61,271 nucleotides of DNA from Chthoniobacteraceae bacterium (lineage in GTDB: Bacteria; Verrucomicrobiota; Verrucomicrobiia; Chthoniobacterales; Chthoniobacteraceae), in NCBI GenBank assembly GCA_031409655.1, contig JANNXQ010000131.1, positions 1-61,271 on the forward strand. Direction: 5' to 3'. Both the position numbers and the translations under genes were made by a program. The notes beneath the pieces are model-generated. The model was not told the origin of the DNA and did not search any database. It saw nothing but the letters and a program-made list of their open reading frames with translations. Shown here piece by piece: positions 37,737 to 46,998 of the stretch. Positions within the stretch are counted from its first letter, which is position 1, and each line of letters starts with the position of its first letter.

Positions 37737-39256
37737 CCCATCGCGGCCGCGAGCAGGCGCTCCGGAGTCGCCTCGGCCTTGCTGAAGATCCCGCCAATTC
37801 GGCCTTCGTGCAGCATCAGGATGCGGTCGCTCATCCCGATCAATTCCGGCAACTCGGAGGAGACCAATACGACGGCTTTCCCCGCATCGGTCAGACGATT
37901 GATGATCTCGTAGATTTCGATCTTCGCGCCCACGTCGATGCCGCGCGTGGGCTCATCGAGGAAGATCACGCGCGGCTCGGTCAGCAGGGCTTTGCCGATC
38001 ACGACTTTTTGCTGATTACCGCCAGAGAGCTTGCCCACGCTCGGCTCGAGGCCCGGTGCCTTCACGCGGAGGGAGCGAAAGATTTCTTCGTTCCGGCGGA
38101 ACTCGCGGCGCGCATCCAGAAAGCCGCCACGCGCGACGGCGCGGAGCGAACTCAGCGAAAGATTGAAGCCGATGCATTGCTCCAGAATCAGGCCGAAGCG
38201 GCGGCGATCCTCACTCACCAAGGCCAGCCCGCGCCGCAGCATCTCGGTCGGCGGGAGAGGCGGCAGATTCTCGCCCTCCAGCTCCACCCGCCCCGCTCGC
38301 CGCACGCCCCAGGCGCCGAAGAGATGCATGAGCAGTTCCGTCCGCCCCGCGCCCATCAACCCGCCGATCCCAAGCACTTCGCCGGGCGCGACATCGAAGG
38401 AAATATTCCGCAGGAAATCCGCACGGGTCGCGGGATGTGTAACGGTGAGATCAGAAACTTGAAGACTCGGACGAACAGATGCTGACGTCGGGGCCGCGGA
38501 GGTTCGTCGGGGAAAGAGATCCGTGATCTCGCGGCCGACCATCTGGCGGATGATCTCCGCCTTGGTCGTCTTCGGAGTGTCCGCGGTGAAAACCGTGGAG
38601 CCGTCGCGGAGCACGGTGATGCGATCCGCAAGGGCGAAAACTTCGTCGAGCTTGTGCGAGATGTAGATGCACGCGATGCCGCGCGACCGCAGATCACGCA
38701 AGATGGCGATGAGCACCCGCACTTCGTGCTCCGCGAGTGCCGCCGTGGGTTCGTCGAGGATGAGGATGCGCGACTCTTTCCGAAGCGCCTTCACGATTTC
38801 AACGAGTTGTTTTTGTCCGACGCCGAGCCCGCTGCACGGAAGGTCTGGATCGAGCGCCACGCCGAACCGTGCGAGCAGTTCGCGGGTCTCCCGGCGCATC
38901 CGATTCCAATCCACAAACGGCCCACGTCGCGGTTCTGCGCCGAGGAAAATGTTTTCCGCCACGCTCATCCCATCGACCAAAGCGAGTTCCTGGTAGATCA
39001 CCGCCAGACCGCTGTCCTCGGCATCGGCGATCGAGCGAAAGCACGCCGCCTCTCCCCCAATCTGCAACTCGCCCTCGTAACTTCCGTGCGGATGGATGCC
39101 GGAGAGGAGCTTGATGAGCGTGGATTTCCCCGCGCCGTTCTCGCCGCACAGCGCATGGATCTCGCCGGCGCGCAGATCAAACGAAACATCCCGCAGCGCA
39201 ACGACTCCAGGGAAGCGCTTCGTGATCCCGCGCGCTGCGAGTACGCAGTCGCTCAC
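37733..39256 (-). CDS. xylG: Sugar ABC transporter ATP-binding protein (XylG/GguA-like, two NBDs)
   Basis: GENGAGKSTL, HPHGSYEG, ILDEPT, GLMGAGRTEL, LSGGNQQK, LDEPTRGIDVGAK. Confidence 0.92.
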   Translation of the reverse strand: MSDCVLAARGITKRFPGVVALRDVSFDLRAGEIHALCGENGAGKSTLIKLLSGIHPHGSYEGELQIGGEAACFRSIADAEDSGLAVIYQELALVDGMSVAENIFLGAEPRRGPFVDWNRMRRETRELLARFGVALDPDLPCSGLGVGQKQLVEIVKALRKESRILILDEPTAALAEHEVRVLIAILRDLRSRGIACIYISHKLDEVFALADRITVLRDGSTVFTADTPKTTKAEIIRQMVGREITDLFPRRTSAAPTSASVRPSLQVSDLTVTHPATRADFLRNISFDVAPGEVLGIGGLMGAGRTELLMHLFGAWGVRRAGRVELEGENLPPLPPTEMLRRGLALVSEDRRRFGLILEQCIGFNLSLSSLRAVARGGFLDARREFRRNEEIFRSLRVKAPGLEPSVGKLSGGNQQKVVIGKALLTEPRVIFLDEPTRGIDVGAKIEIYEIINRLTDAGKAVVLVSSELPELIGMSDRILMLHEGRIGGIFSKAEATPERLLAAAMG

Positions 39257-39552
39257 TTGGGCGAATCTGTTCCCTCTTTCGGCCGCGAAGTCAGTCGCAG
39301 GAGGAGATGCAGGACCAACGAGAAAACTGCGAGACCGCCACCGAGGAATAGTCCACCCAAGGCACCGAGCGTCACCGCGAAACCGGCAGGCTCGACATCA
39401 TTCCACGGGATGAAGTGCGCGAAGAAACTCGGGGTCAGCATCCCCGTGCCGAGTCCGAACAGCACACCCAACACCATCCCGCTGAGGGCGCCGATCGTGA
39501 TGAGCAGGAAGATCCGCGCAGGCGACAGAGGTTTCTTTTCGGCAGGTGTCAT
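39253..39552 (-). CDS. Small two-TM membrane protein inside the xylF-xylG operon
   Basis: 99 aa, two Gly-rich hydrophobic helices; 3-nt gap after xylF and GTGA overlap with xylG. Confidence 0.65.
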   Translation of the reverse strand: MTPAEKKPLSPARIFLLITIGALSGMVLGVLFGLGTGMLTPSFFAHFIPWNDVEPAGFAVTLGALGGLFLGGGLAVFSLVLHLLLRLTSRPKEGTDSPK

Positions 39553-39555
39553 TGG

Positions 39556-40629
39556 TTACTTTGCCTCAGCCCCTTTGAAGACATCCGCGTCCTTATGAAA
39601 GCCATCCGCAACCACCGTCCCGCGGAGATTTTCTTTCGTCACCGAGACCACGTCGAGGAAGACGCTCGGCACTTTCACCTTGCCGTTATCGAGCTCGGCG
39701 CGCGCGATCACCGGCTGCCGCTTGGCCAGTCGCACCGCGAGGTCCGCGGCTTTGGTCGCGAGTTGTTTGAGCGGCTTGTAAATCGTCATGCTCTGCGTGC
39801 CCGCGACGATGCGCTGGCACGCCGCCATTTCCGCGTCCTGACCAGTGACCAGGATTTTTCCCGCCAGCCCTTCCTCCGAGAGCGCCTGGATCGCGCCGCC
39901 AGCGGTGCCGTCGTTGCTCGCGAGGATGGCGTCAAAGGGCAGGCCGCCCGCGTCGGCGCCCGCCTTGGTGATCGCGGCATTCGCAATCTTCTTCGCGTTC
40001 TCCGGCTTCCAATCCTGGGTCCAATCCTCGTGGACGATTTCGACGGCGCCGGACTGGATCAGCGGCGCGAGGATCTTGTCCTGGCCTTGCTTGAAGAGCG
40101 CCGCGTTGTTGTCGGTCTTCGAGCCGTAGATGCGCACGAGCCGCTTCTTTCCGGGAGCCTTGGCGAAGGCATCGACCAAAAACTGGGCCTGCAATTCACC
40201 GACCCGCACATTGTCGAAAGTCATATAGAGATCGAGGTCGCAGCCAGTGATGAGCCGGTCGTAAGCGAGCACCGGAATCCCCGCCTCATGCGCCAGAGCC
40301 ACGGCTTTCGCGCACGCCGCGCCGTCATGCGGGATGATCACGAGCACCTCCACGCCCTTGGTGATCAGAGCCTCCACGTCCTTGATCTGGCGGACGTCGT
40401 CGCTATTCGCGTCCTGCACGATCACTTCGGCGCCGAGTTCCTTCGTCCGCGCGACAAACATGTCCCGATCGCCCTGCCAGCGTTCCTCCTTGAGCGTATC
40501 CATGGAGAGCCCGATGAGCGGGCGCTCGCGCGGCACCACCGGCTTCGCACCGCTCCCCCGCGAAAGCACGAGCCCCATGACGACGCTGAGCAGACAGGAG
40601 ATGAGGACGAGCGAGAGGCGAAATTTCAT
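39556..40629 (-). CDS. xylF: D-xylose ABC transporter substrate-binding protein
   Basis: IGLSMDTLKEERWQGDRD, AYDRLI, FDNVRVG..QA, GSKTDNNA, ASNDGTAGG, TGQDA, QSMTIYKP. Confidence 0.9.
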   Translation of the reverse strand: MKFRLSLVLISCLLSVVMGLVLSRGSGAKPVVPRERPLIGLSMDTLKEERWQGDRDMFVARTKELGAEVIVQDANSDDVRQIKDVEALITKGVEVLVIIPHDGAACAKAVALAHEAGIPVLAYDRLITGCDLDLYMTFDNVRVGELQAQFLVDAFAKAPGKKRLVRIYGSKTDNNAALFKQGQDKILAPLIQSGAVEIVHEDWTQDWKPENAKKIANAAITKAGADAGGLPFDAILASNDGTAGGAIQALSEEGLAGKILVTGQDAEMAACQRIVAGTQSMTIYKPLKQLATKAADLAVRLAKRQPVIARAELDNGKVKVPSVFLDVVSVTKENLRGTVVADGFHKDADVFKGAEAK

Positions 40630-40750
40630 CCGGGGAGAAAAAGGGGTCGGGAAGAGAGGGCGGCGCGACGCTACTGACCGGCCCCGGAACTGCCAACGCC
40701 AAATGGCCGCTTGGCGGACACCGGACGGCGCTCTACCGTCCCCCGCCTCC

Positions 40751-42283
40751 ATGAAAGCAAAGTCGGCAAAATCATTCTCCGAAGGCATCTGCTACCTTGC
40801 GGGCGCAGGTCCGGGTGATCTCGGGCTCGTGACTTTGAAGGTGAAGGAGGTCGTCGAGCGCGCGGCGGTGATCGTCTATGATTACCTCTGCAATCCGGAA
40901 ATCCTCGGGTGGGCGCGGCCCGGCGTGGAGATCATCTACGCGGGGAAAAAGGCAGGAGCGCACACCCTGAAGCAGGAGGAGATCGATGCGCTGCTCGTGG
41001 AGAAGACGCGGGCGGGGAAAGTGGTGGTGCGGTTGAAGGGGGGCGATCCGTTTCTCTTTGGCCGCGGTGGCGAGGAGGCGCTCGCGCTGGCGGATGCAGG
41101 GCTGCGTTTCGAGATTATCCCGGGAGTGACTTCGGCGATCGCCGCGCCCGCCTATGCGGGCATCCCGGTGACGCATCGGGAGCACACTTCGCAGCTCACG
41201 ATTTTCACCGGACACGAAGACCCGACGAAGCCGGAGAGTTCGCTCGATTACGCCCGCCTCGCGACGCAACCAGGGACAAAGGTGATGCTCATGGGCGTGG
41301 AGCGGATCGCCCGGATCACGGAGCAACTCCGCGCGCACGGGGCCGCGCCCGAGATGCCCGTGGCCCTGGTGCGCTGGGGCACGACTGGGCGGCAGCGAAC
41401 TTTGCGCGGGACGCTGGCGGACATTGCGAAACGGGTGGAAGAGACGGGCTTCACCGCGCCGGCCGTGGCGGTCTTTGGCGACGTGGTGCAGCTCCGGGAA
41501 AAGCTGAACTGGTTTGAGAAGCGTCCACTTTTTGGCAAGCGCATCGTGGTGACGCGGACGCGGACGCAAGCGGGCGGGCTGAGCGCCAGCCTGCGTGCCC
41601 TCGGGGCGGATGTCTTCGAGTTGCCGACGATTCGCATCGAGCCGCCGACGGACCTGCGCGTCTTCGCTGAATTTGTGCGCGACGTGCATCGCTACGATTG
41701 GGTCGTCTTCACGAGTCCGAATGGGGTGAGTTCGTTTTTTGAGATGTTCTTCCGGATCTACAAGGATGCGCGGGAGATCGGCGGGGTGCGCATCGCGGCG
41801 ATCGGTCCGGCGACGGCGGCGCGGGTGCATGACTTCCATCTGGCCGTGGATTTGCAGCCGGAGGAATTTGTGGCCGAGGCGGTGGTCGCGGCTTTCGAGA
41901 AGCAGGGCTCGATTGAAAATTCCACCATCCTCCTGGCGCGCGCGGAGACGGCGCGCGATGTCCTCCCGAAGGAACTCACGCGGCTCGGGGCGATCGTCGA
42001 TGAGACCGTCGCGTATCGCACGGTGCCAGAGACGGAAGACGTGAGCGGGGCGATCGCGCGCTTCCAAGCGGAAGGTGCGGATCTGATCACTTTCACGAGT
42101 TCCTCGACGGTGGAAAATTTCATGGCCCTGAAACTCCCGCTGCCCGCGGGGATGAAGACGGCGTCGATCGGGCCGATCACCTCGAAGACGATGCGTGAGC
42201 TCGGGCTGACGGTGGATGTGGAGGCGAAGAAGTATGACATCCCGGGACTGACGGCGGCCGTTCGGCAGTTCTACGGGATTTAA
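40751..42283 (+). CDS. cobA: Uroporphyrinogen-III C-methyltransferase / uroporphyrinogen-III synthase fusion (CobA-HemD)
   Basis: GAGPGD, RLKGGDPFLFGRGGEE, IPGVTS, GIPVTHR; HemD half VVTR, FTSPNGV, AIGPAT, FTSSST. Confidence 0.95.
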   Translation: MKAKSAKSFSEGICYLAGAGPGDLGLVTLKVKEVVERAAVIVYDYLCNPEILGWARPGVEIIYAGKKAGAHTLKQEEIDALLVEKTRAGKVVVRLKGGDPFLFGRGGEEALALADAGLRFEIIPGVTSAIAAPAYAGIPVTHREHTSQLTIFTGHEDPTKPESSLDYARLATQPGTKVMLMGVERIARITEQLRAHGAAPEMPVALVRWGTTGRQRTLRGTLADIAKRVEETGFTAPAVAVFGDVVQLREKLNWFEKRPLFGKRIVVTRTRTQAGGLSASLRALGADVFELPTIRIEPPTDLRVFAEFVRDVHRYDWVVFTSPNGVSSFFEMFFRIYKDAREIGGVRIAAIGPATAARVHDFHLAVDLQPEEFVAEAVVAAFEKQGSIENSTILLARAETARDVLPKELTRLGAIVDETVAYRTVPETEDVSGAIARFQAEGADLITFTSSSTVENFMALKLPLPAGMKTASIGPITSKTMRELGLTVDVEAKKYDIPGLTAAVRQFYGI

Positions 42284-42350
42284 GCCACTGCGCTGCGCGC
42301 GCGGGCAAAAACTGCCGGAGCTGGCCTGAAAGCCGCTAGGTGAAGGGATC

Positions 42351-43166
42351 ATGTCCAACACCGATGGAGAAAACATCGAACTCGATCTCGATGCTGAGCT
42401 TCGTGGTCTCTTCGTCGAAGCGGAGCAGGCCGCGGGAGATCGAAGCGGCGCGACCAGGGCCAGTGTTGAACCCAAAGAGACTCCACCGACGAGCGACGAT
42501 CGCGCCCTCCGCGCCTCCCTTCCGCAAATGCTCAAGCCTCTGGTGCTGGGCCTCGCCGCCGTCACCCGCGCGATGGGTGAAAACACGACGCTGCTCCGCA
42601 AGCTCGACACGATCAACGACGACACCATTGAAGCGCGCAAAGTGATGCCGCAACTCGCCGCCGACATGCAGACGGCGCTGGAGCACAAGAACGGGCTGAC
42701 GAAGCACATGTTCGACGCGATGCATGAGGAGCTGAAGGGCTACAAGGACAGCTTCCTCCTCGAGACCGTGCATAAGCCGGTGATCCTCGACCTCGTCTCG
42801 CTCTACGACGATCTCTCGGGCATCCTCCGCCAGACCCAGCACGTGAGTCGCGACGTGCAAAGTGAAGAGAGTGGCGTGACGAAAACGATCCAGGAACGCC
42901 TCCTGGCGATCGAAACCCACGTCACCCACAACTGCGATTTCATCCTCGAGGTCCTCGCCCGACTCGACGCCAATCCTCTGCCCATCAGCACCGGCAAGCT
43001 CGACAAGAAATCCCAGCGCGCCGTGGGCATCGAACCGACGGAAGCACAGGAGGAAGACACGGACGTCGTCCGCTCCGTCAAACGCGGCTTCCTCTGGAAA
43101 TCGCGGCTGGTGCGTCCCGAGGAGGTCATCATCAAAAAATGGAAGCCTCCCGTAGCCACTGCCTGA
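42351..43166 (+). CDS. grpE: Divergent GrpE-family nucleotide exchange factor
   Basis: Long N-terminal helix, KPVILDLVSLYDDL, ILEVL, QRAV, VVRSVKRGFLWKSRLVRPEEVII. Confidence 0.8.
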   Translation: MSNTDGENIELDLDAELRGLFVEAEQAAGDRSGATRASVEPKETPPTSDDRALRASLPQMLKPLVLGLAAVTRAMGENTTLLRKLDTINDDTIEARKVMPQLAADMQTALEHKNGLTKHMFDAMHEELKGYKDSFLLETVHKPVILDLVSLYDDLSGILRQTQHVSRDVQSEESGVTKTIQERLLAIETHVTHNCDFILEVLARLDANPLPISTGKLDKKSQRAVGIEPTEAQEEDTDVVRSVKRGFLWKSRLVRPEEVIIKKWKPPVATA

Positions 43167-43233
43167 CCATCGCGACTGCGCCCACTCCTCACCTTTTCAC
43201 GATCAGTAAGACCGACCGCGTCCACCAACACCC

Positions 43234-44817
43234 ATGAGCGAAAACGAAACAAAACCAACCGCACGGAAGGCCGTAGGCATCGACCTTGGCACGACTTTCA
43301 GCGCGATCGCCCACATCGATACCTACGGCAAACCGCAGATCATCCCGAATTCGGAGAATGAGCGGATCACGCCCTCGGTGATTCTCTTCGACGGATCGAA
43401 TGCCGTCGTCGGTTCCGTGGCCAAACAGAACGCCGTCGCCGAACCGGAGAAGATCGTCGATTTCGTGAAACGCGAGATGGGCAAGAGCAAGGCGGAGTTT
43501 GCGCGGGAATTCACCGGCAAACCCTACTCCGCAGAGGAACTCTCGGCCTTGATCATCAAGAAGCTGAAGAATGACGCGGAGAGGTATCTCGGGGAACCCG
43601 TGACGGATGCGGTGATCACCGTCCCCGCATATTTCAACGATGCCGAACGCACGGCCACCCTGCACGCCGGCCAACTCGCGGGGCTCAATGTCTTGCAGGT
43701 GATCAACGAACCCACCGCGGCCGCGCTGGCCTACGGCTTGGACAAGCTGGAGAGCGACCAGACGGTTTTCGTCTTCGATCTTGGCGGCGGTACCTTCGAC
43801 GTCACGATCATGAAGATCGAGAATCATCACATCCGGATGCTCGCCAGCAATGGCGATCACCGCCTCGGCGGCAAGGACTGGGATGACGTGATTTTGAACT
43901 GGGTCGCGGAGGAATTCGACAAGCTCCACGGGGAAAATCCGCTGCTCGATCTGCAGAGCTATCAGGATCTCTACAGCCGCGCATTGACCGCGAAGATCCA
44001 GCTTTCGAGCCGTTCGCGCACCACGATCGTCCACAGCTACAACGGCAAAAGCGTGAAGCTGGACATCACTCGCGAGGAGTTTGAAGAGCGCAGCCGTCAC
44101 CTCCTTGAGAAGGTGAAGATGATCTGCGAGATCGTGCTCCAGGAAGCGCAGCTCTCGTGGGAACAGATCGATCGGGTGCTGCTCACGGGCGGCATGACCC
44201 GCATGCCGTCGGTGCATGAGATGATCCGCGGTCTTTCCAATGTCCCGCTCGCCGATGACGTGAGTCCGGACGAGGCGGTGGCCATCGGCGCCAGCGTGCA
44301 GGCCGTGCTCTCCATGCTCATGGAGGAAGACAAGGCGGGCGAACGGGTGATGCCGCAGGAAGTGCGCGACCGTTTCTCCAGCCAGGACGGCTCGCTGATC
44401 AAGGTGACGAATATCACCACGCACACCCTCGGGCTGGTGCTCTGGGACGATGGGAAGGTCGAAGAGTACGTCTTCCCGATGATCAAGAAAATGACCCAGA
44501 TGCCGGTGCAGATTAAGAATTCCTTTGGCACCGCGAAGGCGAACATGAAGAACGCCGTGATCCGGATCGTCGAGGGCGAGAGTACGATGCCGGGAGATTG
44601 CACGCCGCTCGGCATCTGCGACATCGAGCTCCCGCCTTTCCTGCCAAAGGGCTCACCTGTCGAACTGACGTATCACTACGACGACAATCAAGTGCTCGAA
44701 GTCGTGGTCGATGCCTACGGCCGCCAGAACCGTGTGCAGATCGCGCGCAACACCGGACTCTCCGACAGTGAAATCGCCGAGGCCACCGCAGACCTTTCGC
44801 TGATCAAGGTCGTTTGA
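43234..44817 (+). CDS. Hsp70-family protein (short, lid-less DnaK paralog)
   Basis: GIDLGTT, TPSVI, AVITVPAYF, INEPTAAALAYG, VFDLGGGTFDVT, LGGKDWD, GGMTRMP, PDEAVAIGA; 527 aa ending shortly after SBD-beta. Confidence 0.93.
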   Translation: MSENETKPTARKAVGIDLGTTFSAIAHIDTYGKPQIIPNSENERITPSVILFDGSNAVVGSVAKQNAVAEPEKIVDFVKREMGKSKAEFAREFTGKPYSAEELSALIIKKLKNDAERYLGEPVTDAVITVPAYFNDAERTATLHAGQLAGLNVLQVINEPTAAALAYGLDKLESDQTVFVFDLGGGTFDVTIMKIENHHIRMLASNGDHRLGGKDWDDVILNWVAEEFDKLHGENPLLDLQSYQDLYSRALTAKIQLSSRSRTTIVHSYNGKSVKLDITREEFEERSRHLLEKVKMICEIVLQEAQLSWEQIDRVLLTGGMTRMPSVHEMIRGLSNVPLADDVSPDEAVAIGASVQAVLSMLMEEDKAGERVMPQEVRDRFSSQDGSLIKVTNITTHTLGLVLWDDGKVEEYVFPMIKKMTQMPVQIKNSFGTAKANMKNAVIRIVEGESTMPGDCTPLGICDIELPPFLPKGSPVELTYHYDDNQVLEVVVDAYGRQNRVQIARNTGLSDSEIAEATADLSLIKVV

Positions 44818-44847
44818 GGGCGGAGGCGTCGATTCCTTTTGTGAAAC

Positions 44848-46557
44848 GTGTCGCTCCCCGCTCCGCTCCCCGATAATCCCAAGCGCTGGGAGGGCTGGCG
44901 CCACTACAACTCGGAGAATCTCTACGAGCGGCTCTGTCTCGCCTTTGACTCGAATCCGAGTCCCGAGCAGATCGAGGATAACTGCCGCCAGCTCCTCGTC
45001 TGGTGGCAGAAAAAGCTGCCGCTAAAAAATCAGCCGAGCAATCCCCTCGCGCAGATGTTGCGCGCCGGGCTCGATGAAGCGCCGAAATTCCTCGCGGAAG
45101 CGCGCACCCTACTGCTCGACAACGACGCCCGCGCGCGCATCGACTTTGAGCTCCACGAGCGGATCGTTGCGAAGGCCCTGGATGAGTTTAAGAAGCTGCT
45201 CTCGTTTGCGATGGCGGAGAACAAGCTGCGCGCCGAAGACGAGCAGCGGCTCTACGAACGCGGGCGATCCTACGGCCTGGGCCATGACGACATGAAGCGG
45301 GCGATCGACGCCGAGCTCACGAGGCTCGGTGGCGAACGGATCGCCGTCCAAGTCGCGCCACCTCCTCCGCCGCCGGCCGTGGAGCCAGTCCTCGCTGCCG
45401 CGCCTGCTCCCCCGGTTCGGGTGGAGGTCGCTTCGTCGGGAAATCCGGCGGACGAATTTCTCCGCATGTTGCGTCTCTCGAAACTCTGTCTCGATGGCGA
45501 CGACATGACCGACGACCAGCGCGACGCCATGTGCAATATGGGCGAAAGCCTCGGCCTCACGGGCGGCGAGGCGGAGGATCTGATCGATGAGTATCTGGAG
45601 GCGTGCAGCAATTCGCCCGTCCCGGCGGCGGCCCCGACGACACGCACTGCCGTAGCCATCGCTCCCCGCCACGCCGCTACCGCAAAACGTCCGACGCCCG
45701 CGACCACCTCGTCACCTTCCTCCACTCCGAAAGTCGAAACACCCGCACCGAAGCCTGTCGTCGGCCCCGTCGGCGTGAACACCACGCCACTTGCCCGCGC
45801 GGGGGAGCGGATAAAGCATCCCTCGTTTAAGAACAGCCTCGGCATCGAACTGTTTCTCGTGACGTCCGGTCAGTTTGAAATGGGGAGCACGCTCGGGGAA
45901 GCCGGGCAGCATGAGCAACCGACCTGTCCCACGACCGTCAGTTGTTTCTTCATGGCGCGCTTTCCGGTGACCAATGCGCAGTTCGAGGCTTTCGATCCCA
46001 CGCACATCACAAGACGCGCTCCCTGGGCGGATGAACGGCACCCTGTAGTCTATGTGAGCAGTCGTGATGGGGAAAAATTCTGTCAGTGGCTGAGTTCCAG
46101 AGACGGACGCAAGTATCGGCTGCCGACTGAGGCGGAGTGGGAATATGCGGCGCGCGGCGTGGACGGGGCCGTCTTTCCGTGGGGGCCGAAACTCGACGCC
46201 GGCTACTACGCAAACTTCGCCGACCGGCGCTCCACTTTTGCCTGGCGCGATAGCGACATCGACGACGGCTTTGCCGAGACCGCGCCCGTCGGGAGTTATC
46301 CGCGCGGGGCGAGTCCATTTGGGATCGAAGATCTCGCCGGCAACGTCTTCGAGTGGTGCCTGGATTTCTTCGAGCCTTACAAAGGCAAAGCGCGGGTGAA
46401 TCCACGCGGGCCCACGACCGGCCCGAATCGCATCTACCGCGGAGGCAGTTGGAAATCGCGCAGCGGGAACCTCCGGGCGAGCGCGCGGAACTTCAATCAG
46501 CCCGACTACTTCTCCAACGACGTCGGCTTCCGCGTCGTCTGCGAATGCGAGGACTGA
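44848..46557 (+). CDS. Multidomain protein: degenerate J-like domain, two TerB-like helical repeats, Pro/Thr linker, FGE/SUMF1 (CLec-fold) domain
   Basis: NLYERLCL...EQI...EARTLLLD..ARARID; C-terminal F.MGS, PVTNAQF, PVVYVS, YRLPTEAEWEYAARG, FGIEDLAGNVFEWC, RGGSW, DVGFRVV. Confidence 0.85.
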   Translation: MSLPAPLPDNPKRWEGWRHYNSENLYERLCLAFDSNPSPEQIEDNCRQLLVWWQKKLPLKNQPSNPLAQMLRAGLDEAPKFLAEARTLLLDNDARARIDFELHERIVAKALDEFKKLLSFAMAENKLRAEDEQRLYERGRSYGLGHDDMKRAIDAELTRLGGERIAVQVAPPPPPPAVEPVLAAAPAPPVRVEVASSGNPADEFLRMLRLSKLCLDGDDMTDDQRDAMCNMGESLGLTGGEAEDLIDEYLEACSNSPVPAAAPTTRTAVAIAPRHAATAKRPTPATTSSPSSTPKVETPAPKPVVGPVGVNTTPLARAGERIKHPSFKNSLGIELFLVTSGQFEMGSTLGEAGQHEQPTCPTTVSCFFMARFPVTNAQFEAFDPTHITRRAPWADERHPVVYVSSRDGEKFCQWLSSRDGRKYRLPTEAEWEYAARGVDGAVFPWGPKLDAGYYANFADRRSTFAWRDSDIDDGFAETAPVGSYPRGASPFGIEDLAGNVFEWCLDFFEPYKGKARVNPRGPTTGPNRIYRGGSWKSRSGNLRASARNFNQPDYFSNDVGFRVVCECED

Positions 46558-46585
46558 TCGTCCCGCAAATCCGCGGCCTTTCGCA

Positions 46586-46625
46586 GAAAAACAAACAGCC
46601 AGTTCGCAGGAAGCGAACTGGCTGT
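46586..46625 (-). terminator. Intrinsic terminator of rpsU (possibly bidirectional)
   Basis: 13-bp stem ACAGCCAGTTCGC/GCGAACTGGCTGT (46595-46625) with a T-rich tail on the minus strand. Confidence 0.85.
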
Positions 46626-46651
46626 CTGAAAAACTGGTGGGCGATTGGCGC

Positions 46652-46846
46652 CTAGAAGGAGAAACGATGCTTGGCCTTCGCGCGTTTGGCGTTGGCTTTG
46701 GCTTTGCGTTTTGTCTTTTGCGTCGGCGTCTCGAAGGCGCGCAGGCGGCGCACCTCGTCCATGATTCCTTCCGACTCGAGCTTGCTCTTGAGGCGCTTCA
46801 GCGCGCGGTCGATAGGCTCACCTTTGCGAACGATAACTTCTGGCAT
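46652..46846 (-). CDS. rpsU: 30S ribosomal protein S21
   Basis: MPEVIVRKGEPIDRALKRLK....EGI..EVRR..AFETP..K.KRK. Confidence 0.95.
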   Translation of the reverse strand: MPEVIVRKGEPIDRALKRLKSKLESEGIMDEVRRLRAFETPTQKTKRKAKANAKRAKAKHRFSF

Positions 46847-46998
46847 GTAGTCTCCCTTAGTAGATTGCGTTGATTGTTAGCTGTTTTAAAGTTGCGGGCC
46901 GCAAGCGTAGGAGGCCGGGCCGACCCCGTCAATGGCCGGATTGGATTTTCTCGCGAGGGGTAAAAACGACCCGCAGCCATCGCGAGGGGTCGGCCTGA

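Noticed and set aside
35837..38485. 882-aa TPR ORF as one intact protein
   Set aside because: After about 37345 the translation is out-of-frame nonsense overlapping xylG; the true C-terminus is in the 37227-37736 frame
45829..46557. FGE domain as the maturase for the nearby sulfatases
   Set aside because: Lacks the catalytic Cys pair after RGGS (reads RGGSWKSRSGNLR), so it is probably a non-catalytic binding fold
46430..46557. CLec-fold C-terminus as a DGR variable region
   Set aside because: No reverse transcriptase and no template repeat seen in the window
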